Assembly (NCBI GenBank): GCA_002633005.1
Contig: NMRA01000156.1
Coordinates: 743,385-807,384 of the forward strand
Source of the DNA: Phoronis australis
Taxonomy: Eukaryota; Animalia; Phoronida
Reading direction: 5' to 3'
Length of the DNA stretch: 64,000 bases
The position numbers were made by a program, and so were the translations under genes. Positions 1-12,900 of the stretch are shown here, in pieces (within the stretch, counting starts at the first letter, position 1; every line of letters starts with the position of its first letter). The notes beneath the pieces are model-generated. The model was not told where the DNA came from. It made no database searches and saw only the letters and a list, made by a program, of their open reading frames with translations.

Positions 1-840
1 CATCCTGTCAGTGGTGAACGCAAAGTTTTCTTTGGAAAACAATTCAATTTAAAATAAAACACTGTGGAAATCTAACCAAACCATGCCAGTGGTCTGCTTA
101 CCAATTTACTCAATCATTGTTCTACACACAAACAATGGCTTGAGCAAAGAAAACGAGGATGGGATTCAGTCACGTCTCAAATAGCTTAGGAACAACGTTT
201 TTACTAAAAGTGGCCTGAAGAACATCTGATTATTACTGGGCCCTGACCAATGTTTTTGAGCATCTTCAATGACTTCCAATCAGAAATTTTTCTATTTTGT
301 GAGTGAAATTTCAAATGAAAAATCAAAGAGAGAATTTTTGCCGATGAGTCACCAATTCAGAACTGGCAAGTTTTCTTTGCGGTCACACGAGAGCACTGTG
401 ATGGAAGTTACTGTAAAATCTGACACATGTGTCAGCCAAGTATGTGCACGCCAATTAATATCTGTATTTTGCAAGGATAAAGACATGGGTCGTGTGACAC
501 TTGGCCCCATTTTACAAGCACCCATTTCTGACACCACTGCTCTCAGGACTTGGCTTGAACAAAGGCAAGGGTTTCAGCCATTCGCCACAATTATCAGTCC
601 AATGGAAAAGTAAGAGAACATAGTTCTTGGACAGGTTGTTTTCTTAATTTGCTCACTACCTCACAATAAAACTACTTTGAGATGGAAGTGATGAGGTAAC
701 ATAATTATAAAAACTATTCTTAAGTTACACCAACCTTATATTTGCACGACCCTTCTGTGCATTTCAAATATTGGCATGACATTTCGGTTGGTTATTTCTC
801 CGGCCATCTTTAGAAGTTAAAGCGTTCTCAGAATAATGAG

Positions 841-992
841 CATGGGTGTATGGTACTCATGGGTGTATGGCACTCATGGGTGTATGGTACACTCATGGGT
901 GTATGGTACACTCATGGGTGTATGGTACACTCATGGGTGTATGGTACACTCATGGTGTATGGTACACTCATGGTGTATGGTACACTCATGGT
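841..992. repeat. Minisatellite, ~19-bp unit CATGGGTGTATGGTACACT, ~8 copies
   Basis: Direct tandem repeats. Confidence 0.95.
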
Positions 993-1058
993 GGTCAACG
1001 ATGAGCTTTTATTTTCTCTTGGTGTAAGTTAGGGTTGAACTCGGTACCATTAGATTGT

Positions 1059-1185
1059 CACAGCACAACTCTAGCCACTACAGCACAACTCTAGCCACTA
1101 CAGCACAACTCTAGCCACTACAGCACAACTCTAGCCACTACAGCACAACTCTAGCCACTACAGCACAACTCTAGCAACTACAGCT
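1059..1185. repeat. Minisatellite, 20-bp unit CAGCACAACTCTAGCCACTA, ~6 copies
   Basis: Direct tandem repeats. Confidence 0.95.
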
Positions 1186-2782
1186 ACAAAACCAGGTTCA
1201 ACCCCAGCTTATACAAAAGCAACAGTAAAAAGTGACTAACATGAGTGTAACATACACCCGTGCTCGGTCACAGAAATGACAAAGTTGCAAAATGCTGTGC
1301 AAATTGCAGGGCTTGGAATGACCCACGACAAAAAAGCGGAAAATTTTACAGCGCTAAACATGCGTGCACCCAGCCTTGAAAATGGGGGGCTCAAATTTTT
1401 GCTGATGTGGACCTTTTGCCGACAAAACACCGTCGGAAGGACTAGAAAAAAAAGGTACCACCTCCAGACCTGTGCGTCGGCGTCTTTTTAGCTCGTCTGT
1501 CCGCTCCCACCTCCACACATTTTTGGCTGCAGAGTTGCAGTATTTGTCACCGCGATTTACAATCTCACGAGACGCCATTGAAGAAAACCACGCTATCCCA
1601 GGTGCCCCGGCAATGATGACAATTTACGTTCCTCCGAAACATAAAGAGCAACTTCCGCTTTTCGAGGTGAAAGTCGTCAGCAACGCCACAGTAAGAAGGA
1701 AATTTGCCACGGAAATTTTATATCAAATCCGATTTTTTTTACGTGGAAATATAATAAAATACGTGGAGAGAACATTTCATGCTATAAACAGTCCCACTAA
1801 ATAAGATTGGTCCTAACACCGCTTGTCAAGGTAAACGGTGGGGTATGGAAAATTGAACTAGACCGTATTTATCCACCTTGGCTGAGTCGAGCTCGGCTCA
1901 CGATCAAAGGGATGCCGCGAAGCTGCTCTATTCATCGAGTCACGAGCGAGGATAATTAGTTTCACTCATGCGGATATGATCAGCTGATTACAATCTACTT
2001 AGCAGACTGTACTTTTTATGGAGAGAGTTTTAAGTAGTTTTTACTGTAATATTTGAAAAGAGGAGCGAAAACAAATATGAGTACAACTTTGAATTTTTCA
2101 AATCGGCCCAGGATAAGAGATTTTGCAACACAGCAACACTCATGATTACTTTCAAACAGCGCGCACGAATACAAAAATATAGGACCTAAGTTATTTAGAT
2201 TTTGGAACACATGCATTGCAATATTCAAAATAAATTTATTATGAATCTCACAAGCTGTAAAATGACGTTGTTTAATTTCATTGTGCTCATTCATTGTCAT
2301 CCGTCAAATCGGCAATTTCCGAGATGTGATCTGCGGCGTGCGCGTATGTGTACAAAACACGTGATTGTTATGTTCCTGAAGTACGAAAATTAAGAAACTT
2401 TATCATGCCATTATTATTGACAGGGACACGATAAAACGAATTTGGATTTTGACTATAGTCTTGATACAGCGAGCTGGCTGACCACTGCGTCAGTGTCTCC
2501 GTTAGACCCAGAAATTTCACACAGCCCGGGTAGTTCACTTCGTCCCCAACATGTAGATCGAGCCTTGGACTATTAATACTCCACGGTAGAGCTAACGACC
2601 GTCGGCCTGTGCACACAAACTCTGTGAGTTAACCAGCACTCACCTTGCATGTTGCAGCCATTTAAATGAAAAAACAATCTAGTAAACACCATTTTCCTGC
2701 ATAATCCTCCGCCTTTTGTAACAAAAAAGTCTATTGTCGATGACCCACAAACGCACTCTCCGGCACTCACTCTCACACGCAG

Positions 2783-3270
2783 ACGAACTTCAAAACAAAC
2801 GTCACGTGACAACAACATGTGTGTTCATCCAGAGATTTTTCTGGTGTTGTGGGGTACGATGTAGCACAGATCTGGACTTAATCGCAATTAATCTGGAATC
2901 CACATGAACTTTAAAAATTGTAAAACATAAGGAAGATTTCAAGTAATTTGGTAATTTGTTGAGTCGAAACTATATTTTTATTGAAGAGTTCAAGCTTTCC
3001 TATTGACGATGGTGAATCAGCGACGCATCAGTCGGCAAGTTTTCACCCTGTGATGAGCACAATTTTTTGAAAAATTATCGTAATTTAACAACAGAAGTTC
3101 ATAGCAATGCACCACAATTTTGTAGAAAGACAGTCATAAGCTACAAATACGTCACAGAGCGTAAATTTGATGAATCCTAGCTTCCGATTTTACCTGTTTG
3201 GGAAACTGGGTTTCAACTGCGGTAGGCTACAATAAGAATCCCCTCCCTGTGAAATGAATTTTTCTAAGCC
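2783..3270 (+). mobile_element. Partial copy of the same Tc2/pogo-like family
   Basis: Close similarity to 14520-15010 (acgaacttcaaaacaaacgtcacgtgacaacaacatgtgtg...). Confidence 0.65.
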
Positions 3271-4711
3271 TTTATTAGAGCCAATACACTATAGAGCTTT
3301 CCACCAAAGCTAGGTGATGCTACAACATTATTCTTTGTTGCATTAGTAACTGGTCTTGGCTAATTATCATTTTATGGCCTGGTCATCCATTCAGCCCAAA
3401 GTAGTTCCAGAGGTGGCTTATCAGCCAATTATTCACGCATGCTGACTCACAATAGAAGCCTGATAAGAGTGAAGGTGGATAAATGCAGTGTTCCTACAGT
3501 TTCTTGTGCTAGTGGATGTGTTCATGACATGTTTGAAAAAAGCAGAAATCTGCGCTTCTGCGGAAAATTCCAAGCCCTGAAATTGTAAATGAGCTAAAAA
3601 TTAACATAAATTGATCAAGGAAGGATGTGAATATCTACCCATAATGACTTGTAATTACTATGCTAATGATTCACACTTACATAAGGCTCGCCTGACTAAT
3701 TTTAGCTCTCTAATGACGACATAAAGACAGGGTTGGCAAAAAAATGTCATCAATTCTGATTGTACACAATCATTGTTGCAAACTTGATTGAAAACACGAC
3801 TTTCTGTTGTACAACTTGATGTACACTCGCTCATACTCTCAGTGCACTTTCTGATCTTCTGGCGTACAGTTGCAAAGTAAATTGCCAATAGACATTACAT
3901 GCAAAGCAAGCTGCTGATGGTCGAATACAACAGCATGAATTATCTATTTGGTACTACGAGACTTCAAATTTTTTTTCACTACCAGGTAAACGCTTCAATA
4001 ATTAATGACATCTTACGTAGGTTTAATAATTGCTGTATGGCATTATACTTAGAAATCTCGAAACTCTTGAGAAATGCGTGCATTGTTTACCCCCTGTCTA
4101 TTCACCATAAACTGTGTCTCAGAACCACAGTTACATGAAGTTCAAGTTCCCATATGCAGTGCATTTCTTTGAATTTCCCAACGAATATTTGCCTCCAGAG
4201 CCTACATGGTATGCGGACTGTTGGCTCAGACGCTCTCTTTTGGATAGCTCCCAAGGAAGAAGCTAGCAGAGGAAAGATCAAGGAAGTGTTCTGGCCATGC
4301 ATTACCCATCAACACTGACCGTATGTGGAAATGAGGAGGAGGAGACTTATCACAGCTCTGAGTTAGTAGGAAGTTGCCATGAAATGCTGTCTTTTATCAG
4401 CAAGATGGCGCAACCTCACACTGCTCGAAAGCTTTATTATACAATCTCCAATGGTTTTCCCTGGAGAGAGGCTTAGCACACTCCCTTCATCTTGCTTGCT
4501 ATTTCCTTCAGGGCTATCTAATTGCAAGATTCTATGGCAACAATCCACAAATGATGGAGGCAAACATTCAAATTCTACTGGTGTGACCGTGTTATCATGA
4601 ACTTCAAAGTGTGCGTAGCAATGGTGATTTGACTAAGTTGTCTTACAAAAGATAATTCAAAATCGCGCAGAATTGCACTGATTAGGCCAAACAGTTCTCC
4701 TCCCAATAATT

Positions 4712-6596
4712 AACGAGAGCAATGCAAAGCGTTGAAATGCACCCACGACTGCAGCGCAAACAGTGTGCTTCTAGGGGGTGTACTTAGTACCCAAAAATGG
4801 CCACTAGATGGCACAGAATACATTGAACCATCCAAACATGGGAAGCTGTCATCGTCACTCAAAGATATTTGCCAAATTCCATGAAAATCCATCTAAAATC
4901 TCTAAATATACAATCTTAAGGCAAACTGCCTCTAGGGACCATGGCCACAGCTGCAAAATATGCACTAGGAGGCACCACAGCAGTTGGCCCCATACAAAAA
5001 TTGTCGGCTGCCCTCTTCCCAGAAAGAACAAATACAGCAAATTTCACAATTGTCCTAAGAGTGGTTTAACTAAAAACAAACTTAAATCTAATAAAAACAG
5101 CGACTAGGTGTGTAAAATCCATCTGGAAAGGGAAAGATTTCATTGCTAAGCACCAAAGATATCGAAGAAAACAAAATAAAATAACAAAGGTCCTGCAGAG
5201 GGTTTAAGAGATACAGTCACTGACTTAAAAAACTGTCCCTAAGAGGAGCCACTGTAGTTGGAGCTGTCTGAAGACCATGGTAAGCAATCCTTTTCTCAGT
5301 AGGAACACATACCACAAATTTCATAATCATCCATCAAGTAGTTTGGCGAATAAATGGGGCACATGGCAAAAAACAGGATCGAAAACAGTAAGAAAAGGCC
5401 ACTAGGTGTTGCAAAGTACACCAAACCCTTCCGAAAACGAGAACATCTCGTCATTTCTTTAATAGAAGCCTATTTACCATATTGCATAAAAATCCATCCA
5501 GGAACTCCAAAGAAACAGACTGAGGAAAACGGAAAACAATTAAATTGCCCCCAGAGGGCACAGCGTTCGTTGGATCTGTCAGAAAGTCATCGGCCTCCGT
5601 TGTCAACTTCGTGTAAACACTCTTGCCAAGATCCTGCACTAGGTTTAGAAGATACAGCTATGGACACAAAAAAACTGCCACTATGAGATGCCACAGTAGT
5701 CGAAGTCATCGGAAAATCACCGTCAACCATCCTCTTCATACAAAAACATTTACGCAAATTTTCACAAACTTCCCTAGAGTGATTTGGTAGATAGAGGGGC
5801 GGTCGCCAAAAAACCGAATCGAAAACGGTAAAAATGGCCACTAGGTGGCACAAAATACATCAATTCCATCTCAAACCTTGAGAATACTATCAGTTCACTA
5901 ATAGATGCCTATGTGCCAAATTTCATGAAAATCTATCAAGGATTTTTGAAGATACAGAGGTAAACATAAAAATAAATTGCCACTAGGGGGCACACCAGTA
6001 GCCGGAACTGTCCGAAATTCGCTGCCATTCATTGTCAGCTTCATGGAAACACATCTGCCACAGGTTTAGGAGATACAGCTATGGGCACAAAAAAAGGAAT
6101 GTCACTAGGAGACGCCACAGTAGCCAAAGTCGTCCGAAAATCATCGTAAACGTCCTCTCCATAATAAGACCATAATGCCAATTTTCACAATCATCCTTAG
6201 AGTGGCTTGGTTGATAGAGCAGCGGACGCCAAGAAACAAGATTCCAAAACAGTGAAAATGGCCACTAGGTGGCGCAAAATACCTTGATTCCACCCAAAAA
6301 CGAGAAGACAGCGTCACCTCACTCATAAATGCTGATGTACCAAATTTCATAAAAATTCGTTGAGGACTTTTAAAGATAAAGTGATAAAGTTAACGTAAAA
6401 ATTAAAATTGCCACCAGGGGACACATCGGTAGTCAGATCTGTCCTAAATTCGTTGTCATCTGTCGTTAGCCTCATAGGAACACATCTGCCAAATCTCATC
6501 AAGATTCTTTAAGGGAGATACAGCTGCAGATGCCAGACGCCCCAACAGGGATGACGGCAATATGCACCCACATATAAGTATGTGGGCAAATAAAAA
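4712..6596 (-). mobile_element. HINE/DINE-1-like Helentron-associated non-autonomous element with internal tandem array (copy 1)
   Basis: Same termini as the copies at 15112 and 22198; ~150-bp GCCACTAGG repeat monomers. Confidence 0.72.
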
Positions 6597-6781
6597 TTAC
6601 CTTCAAGGTCAGAATAAATACTGCAAAACATTACTTTTGACTACTTAAGGCATTGCTGATGAAGAGTTGAAGGTCAAAAAGAAAAGGAGGGGGTAATTTT
6701 CTCCTCAATCAAAAAAACTTCCCCTCTCAGAAGGCACAAGCACTCCCCCCCCTCCGCTGAGCAGTGGCTCAGTATACATAC

Positions 6782-6951
6782 CGTTCTTTCTGCACTGCAT
6801 CAAGCTCTCGCCATGTTTTGACCAACATGTCACGTCTGCTCTCATCATCTGCATCCTCATCTTGGATCGGATTCAGAGCACAAAACCGTAGAAAACCAGA
6901 TGTTCTGTACTTGAGGTCTCGCTCCCCATGTTTCTTTTTCCACTTCTTGAC
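6782..6951 (-). CDS. POLR1A: POLR1A exon (VKKWKKKHG...SGFLRF...KTWRELD...ER)
   Basis: Open frame between cag| and |gtatgt, in phase with the previous exon; fits the expected foot-region sequence. Confidence 0.82.
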
Positions 6952-9900
6952 CTGGATTAGACACAGAGACTTAACACTGGCAGAAATCCCATGTGGAAAC
7001 TCTCAAACCTGAAATCTGTATCCACTCCATGAATATAACTGAACTGCTATAAATCAGCGCGCTGATATGGTATAAGTACGAGTTATTTGCTTTCTTACAC
7101 ACCATCTGTTGGTCACATCATATGACCTAGAGTTAAGATTGAAAAGATTTCTGTCCCAGCTGGGACTTGAACCCAGGACTTACTCCTAACCGTGCAGACG
7201 CTCACGTGCACTGAGCTACTGAGACAACCAGTCCATTACAAAAAAACAGTTCAATGGACTAAAGCGCCCCCGCCAGGACACAAATCTTTTCAGAGTTAAC
7301 AGTAAGTCACATGATGTGACTAATAGATGGCGTGTACGAAGACTGTCTAATAATTCCTACACCTCCAGTCCAGTTTTAGCCAACGAAAACATTCAGTATA
7401 TCCAGCGACTGACCTCTGACTAGTGCAATGTAAGCTTGTTCAGACCCAAGGACAGCAATGGCACCTTAGGCTAAAGGACGAGGGCAACATTACACTATCA
7501 AGGTCCTTACGCTTAGTACGGACTTCTTAAATCAGGTGGTAAGTGTTTCACATTAATTTAGCAGGGAATCATTTGTTGCCAGAATCATGAGAATACAGTC
7601 TACAGGTTACCTGGGACAACTTACTTTTTTTGTACCCAGAACTTCAAAATTTGGGCCGAAATTAGTTGGAAGCTCATATACATGTTGTTCGAATGTGCAA
7701 CAAAATAGTTAAGTTTTGGCACGTGACCGTCACATGAATGCAAGGACCTTAAACTGTGAGAGGGGCATTCAAATCCAAAGCCTTAACTTATCTTGATTCG
7801 TAATCTTTAATGTGCTCTAGCCTTAGGTGAAAAGTAAAAAGTCAAGGTCACCTGCTTCTGTAGTTTCAGTGCCAGTTTAGTGTCCAGGTGTTTCTCAATT
7901 TGTCGCATCTGCTCGATGGGTATCAGCGCCTCCTGGTTGCTGATCAAGAATGGATACTGCTTGCATTGGAGGAATTGGGTCTTCAAAATATCGAGGCCAT
8001 CTTCTCCGTACTGGAACTATTCAAAGGATTCACAAATTATGTATTCGTCATGATTCTGCTTGTTGGAGGCTGAACTGACTTCCATACTGATCCCAAATCT
8101 TTTCGGAACAGACAACACAGAATTGCGAAAAATGCAGAAAATAAGCTGGGTTCTCAAATGCATTCAGGATTCACAAATCGCACTCTCCTGCAGCAATTTG
8201 AAAGTCTGGTTTGTTTTCGGCTAGTCCAATTCCAAGAAAAAAGCCACAAGGTCAGCGATGATTCAAACAAGAATATTATGTCAGTGTTAGCTCTTTGAGG
8301 GTGGTGCCAAGGGGGAAGCATGGATATGGCAATGGTGGGGGAGGGTGAAACAGGTGGCTTCCGGGGATTTCTGCTTACCAAAACATTCCCATCTCAGAAG
8401 GCACACACACAGTTTCCTTCTGGTAAACTATTGCCTCGACTAGAAAGATCTGACCTTACACTGGCAAAATTTTACAAATACAGTGGTCATACCTTGCAAC
8501 ACATTTAGTGATTTTTAAGATACTCATCTCATCAAGCACACCCTAGTTTGAAGAATGTAAAGAACAGTTCATTACTGTACAACACCCACGCTATAAGGAA
8601 TGAAACCCCAAACCAATAGGTCCTGGAAGTAACCTTGCCGCTTATACAACACACTGAAGAACCACTCCGCGCATTGCATAGTGGAAAACAATAACCATTT
8701 AAGAACAAATTCTGCGACTTAGATAACTATTTCTGAAAGTTGATTAAGCCCAGACAGCTGACTGTTTAAGATCCAATTCTGCGACTTGTATAACTACTTC
8801 TGGAAGTTGATTGAGCCGAGAAAGATAATTGTTTACGAACCAAAACTGCGACTTGCATAACTAATTAAATATGCGCGACGATTAAGCAGTAGTGAGCATT
8901 ACATAAAGCACATTTTAACGAGCAGTACTCGTTTAAACACCCTTTGTCTCTTCATAACAATGACGAGCGTACCTGAACCACACTGCCGTCGCTGTCCCTG
9001 GCAGTCAGGTCATAGTTCACTATAATGCCTTCCAGGTGTTTAATGATACACCTCTGCAGGTAACCACTACGACTTGTTTTTACAGCCGTGTCAACGAGAC
9101 CCTGCAATGTACAGCACATTCTTGTTATAAAACGAATGGCCATCAATGCGTGTGGAAGTCCAAATTACAACCGACTTAATGTTAGACAGAAATACTACTG
9201 AACATAATGGAAGTTAAGAATTAAGAATGCCAAAAATAACCAGACGACCAGCACTATTTCATTCAGATTAGATGACACAAAATCATTCTCATCAAATAAT
9301 TTATGGTGATAAGATTCTATCTCTGTTACCAACTCAACATGCAATGCGTATGTGCGCCATTTTCAAATTCGCAGTTTTAGGGTTGGCCAATTCAAAGAAC
9401 AAGGAAAACTAAGCTCACAGATAGCCACATTAAAAAAAAGCACAAACGGCAAAACTAACNAGCTCCCTATATTACAATGGAGCGAACTGCTCTTTGGTTG
9501 CTTTTGGATGGAGCCTCCCATATCAGGTGTTTCCTTTACTCAAGGTCGCGAGTTCGAGTCCCACTGGGACACACTGCTAGACCCTTGAGTCAGATCTCTA
9601 GCTCCTCAGCTCGGTTTTTAAGCTTATATTATTAAAGCATAGAAATCATTCCAAGTGAATAGTGCAATGGGCCCACCTGAGCGGCCTGCGTACGTCTGGT
9701 ACGACGTGTACCGCCCACATGCAATTAATCTTTTCTTGAAAATTAGTGAGCTAACCTTTCCTTCATGAGCCATATTGTGTGCTGGATAGGTGAGGAGTTA
9801 CCGGGTCCAATAAATAGCACGACAGCATTGCACACCAATGGAAACGTGATGAGCGAAAAGTGATGGGCCTTTGTTGCTTTACTACGTTGATTTGAATATG

Positions 9901-12900
9901 TAGCAGACCTGCCTATCCAAATTTCGACCATTGTGTACAATCACTGCTGAAAACCTCAAAAATGTGTACAATCTGCGCTCCAATGGGTACAATCACGAAA
10001 ACCGAATGCAAAAGATAAATTCTTTCAAATTTGTACCAAAACCACGTTTTATTACACAGAAGAATCAACGTCATGTGGCCAAAGTTTTATTTTTGCAGCA
10101 TGTACTAGACTAAGTATAAGCAATTGTTTATGGCTTTGTCGACTTATGGGGGAAGTTCGGGTAAATTCGGACGAAACCACCTAGCTCGACTTGCGTACCT
10201 GCTACTGAAGGTTTATGTGTCAGCTAATAACATTAGACGAGCAATGGGATATCCGCAAATCTTTTGATAAACCAACCAATGAGATTCTTCGTTACTAGTT
10301 CAGTTTCAATGCCTTCGAATTTTAAGAATAATAACAATGGTCAAAATCGGGGAAATTAATACACGCCTAATGTACACCTCATTTCATAACACAACATATC
10401 TGCAAAAATGTGTTGATGAATCTGCACTGGACAATGTTTTGCATCAATATTTTCTTAACCATTCACAAAAGTTTTGAATAATTATTCATTGCAAGTGTCT
10501 GTGATCACGTACCACCGTACTGCATGCGAAAAGACATTGAGTCGAGGCTTGACTCCTTGAGACCTCGAGGCTCAACTGTGACTCGAGTATTATCGTCAGC
10601 TCAACACGCTATGAAGTCAGTGCAGTCACCATGTCCGCAAAAAATACCCCATACAACTTGCAGTATAAATTCCACGGTCCCTTGGATAAGACATTGTCAT
10701 TCTTTGGAATAACGTCGCAAAAACAGATGTTCCCTTTTTCAGAAGCTACTTTCTTGACAGCTCGGAATATGCGACCACACGTGCTTTGCCACTTTGTCAA
10801 CAGTACGTATTTAGCCGTAAATAGTCGGAATTAGACGAAGTAAGCAATCCACAAATCACATAAGTCGTTACTTATAGGTTAGGCCTGTGAAACACATGCC
10901 AATAGAAGAGGCCTCGCGATATGCCGATTATCAGGCTATTTCAAAAATGAAACGGAGGAAGTTTTCCGAGTTTGTAGATCAACTTTTTAACTAAAATAAT
11001 GATTTTACAATATGTTTTTTCATTTCTAACTTTAAAAATCTCCTTCCTCGTCTGTTTAGGCTACAAATCTGCGAGAAGCAAGCGAATTAATAATCTCTTT
11101 TGAATTTGCTGAATTTGCGTATTTTTACCTGGCCGTGCGTACTTGCATACTGGAGGCTTGATTTCCGTACGAATCCGCATTTTTTGCATATGGTACACAG
11201 GTCTGCTTGATTGTCCCATGTGACATTCGATTGTTTCATGGCAGGTTTCTTCACTGCCATATACGATATGAGTGACACGTGGTATAAACAAGAATATATG
11301 CGACATGGGTTTTTCATACCAAATGATATTGTGAATTTCTTATGAACTTTCAGCAATAAGTTCATAGGAATGGAAGGTTCTGGTTTTACCGAGCAAGACA
11401 GATGGTTTGTGCCATATCCCTTGGTTGAAATTACATTCTTTTATGAAATTTTTAAAAAAATGACGTGATGAAAACTATTCAGTGTTAAAGTATACCTACA
11501 TCTGTCCATGTTAAAGAATGAAACTGACACGTGTAATTAAAACCAGAAATTTGCATTTTATGACAAATTGTGCTGATAATGGTCACTTGCAATGTTTTGT
11601 TTTCTAGTTTACAAAAGTCACATGTAATGAATTATTGAATTGTATATAAGAATTAATTCATTATTGTTTTAACTTTTAAATCCTTATAGAAATAGTCCCA
11701 TAGCTGATTAGCACAAGTGTAACTGACAGTAAAATAACACTGCAACAAAACGAGCACTTTTTATGGCACAGTGTACTGGTTATACTCGTCTGCTTGATAT
11801 TTTTGTCTCACTTTTCAAAGTCCGATGGGAGAAGTTTTTTGAAATCATTTCATGGAACAATAGAACTTTGATCACTCAAAATCCTTCATTGTCATTGTAG
11901 AATGAAACAGATGAGTGCAATTTGTACCCTGGGCAATTTTAAGTCCCTTCGAGGAAGATTTAAAAATCATTTCACGAGACATCAGAACATTGATCATTCT
12001 CAATCATCCATTGTCAGTGTGATTGAATATGTTTGTCTTGACTATTGCAATTATGCTCTTAACTGGTTATGCACATATTTTTTTAAATTACCGTTATCTG
12101 CACATCCACCACCTAAGGGTTGCAATGGCTCATACACCAGTTTTAAAATTAAACCCTTTTGGAGAACATTGCGGAAAGTAGTATAGGAAAATTTCATATG
12201 AATCTGATCAGCCATTACTGAGGTACGATATTCTAGAGTTAGCCTCATTTGGATGTTTTCCTACAGCCCATAATAACCTTAATAACATTTTGTAGAAATA
12301 AGCTGAGAAAGTTCAAAATACCTTTAAAAAAGAAGTAAAATATCCTCTTGAAAAGATGACATTTCCCGACTCCCCTGTAACCACTAGGGCCAGGTGGGAA
12401 TATAAAACATGTTCACACAGCAAGTTGACACTGCGTCTTTCTCTCGTTCACACAACAAGTCCACATGCTAACCTGTTTCCCATTACAATGAAGTTGGTAT
12501 GGTTGATTAAGGTTGTGACCTACCGCTGAACCTTTTGCCCCGGACTGCACCATGAGTTGAAGATTGTTGTCGGGAAATCGCTTAAGCAGGCCGTTAGGAA
12601 TAATACACCTGCAAATAGATGGAAGAGTATTTTAAGCAGTCTCTCAGGATGAAGACACGTGAAGACATCTGAATGGAGTCTGGTGCCAAGAGCTGTATTA
12701 ACATGCTTTAATGATATTGTATACAAATCAGTTCACAACCTGGTATCAGACATTTGAGATTGCAAATTAACTGACGAGACACTTTTCTCAACATTGCACG
12801 TATTTTTCGAAAACGAACTGGTGTTGAGTAAATCTTATAAGGAATAATTAATAACGCGGTGTGAAAAAGAACACATACAGCGTTCAGGTGTGGTATTCTT

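Noticed and set aside
7153-7225. Functional tRNA gene
   Set aside because: The anticodon stem does not pair, the D loop lacks GG, and it is embedded in an inverted-repeat element. Reported as a pseudo-tRNA.
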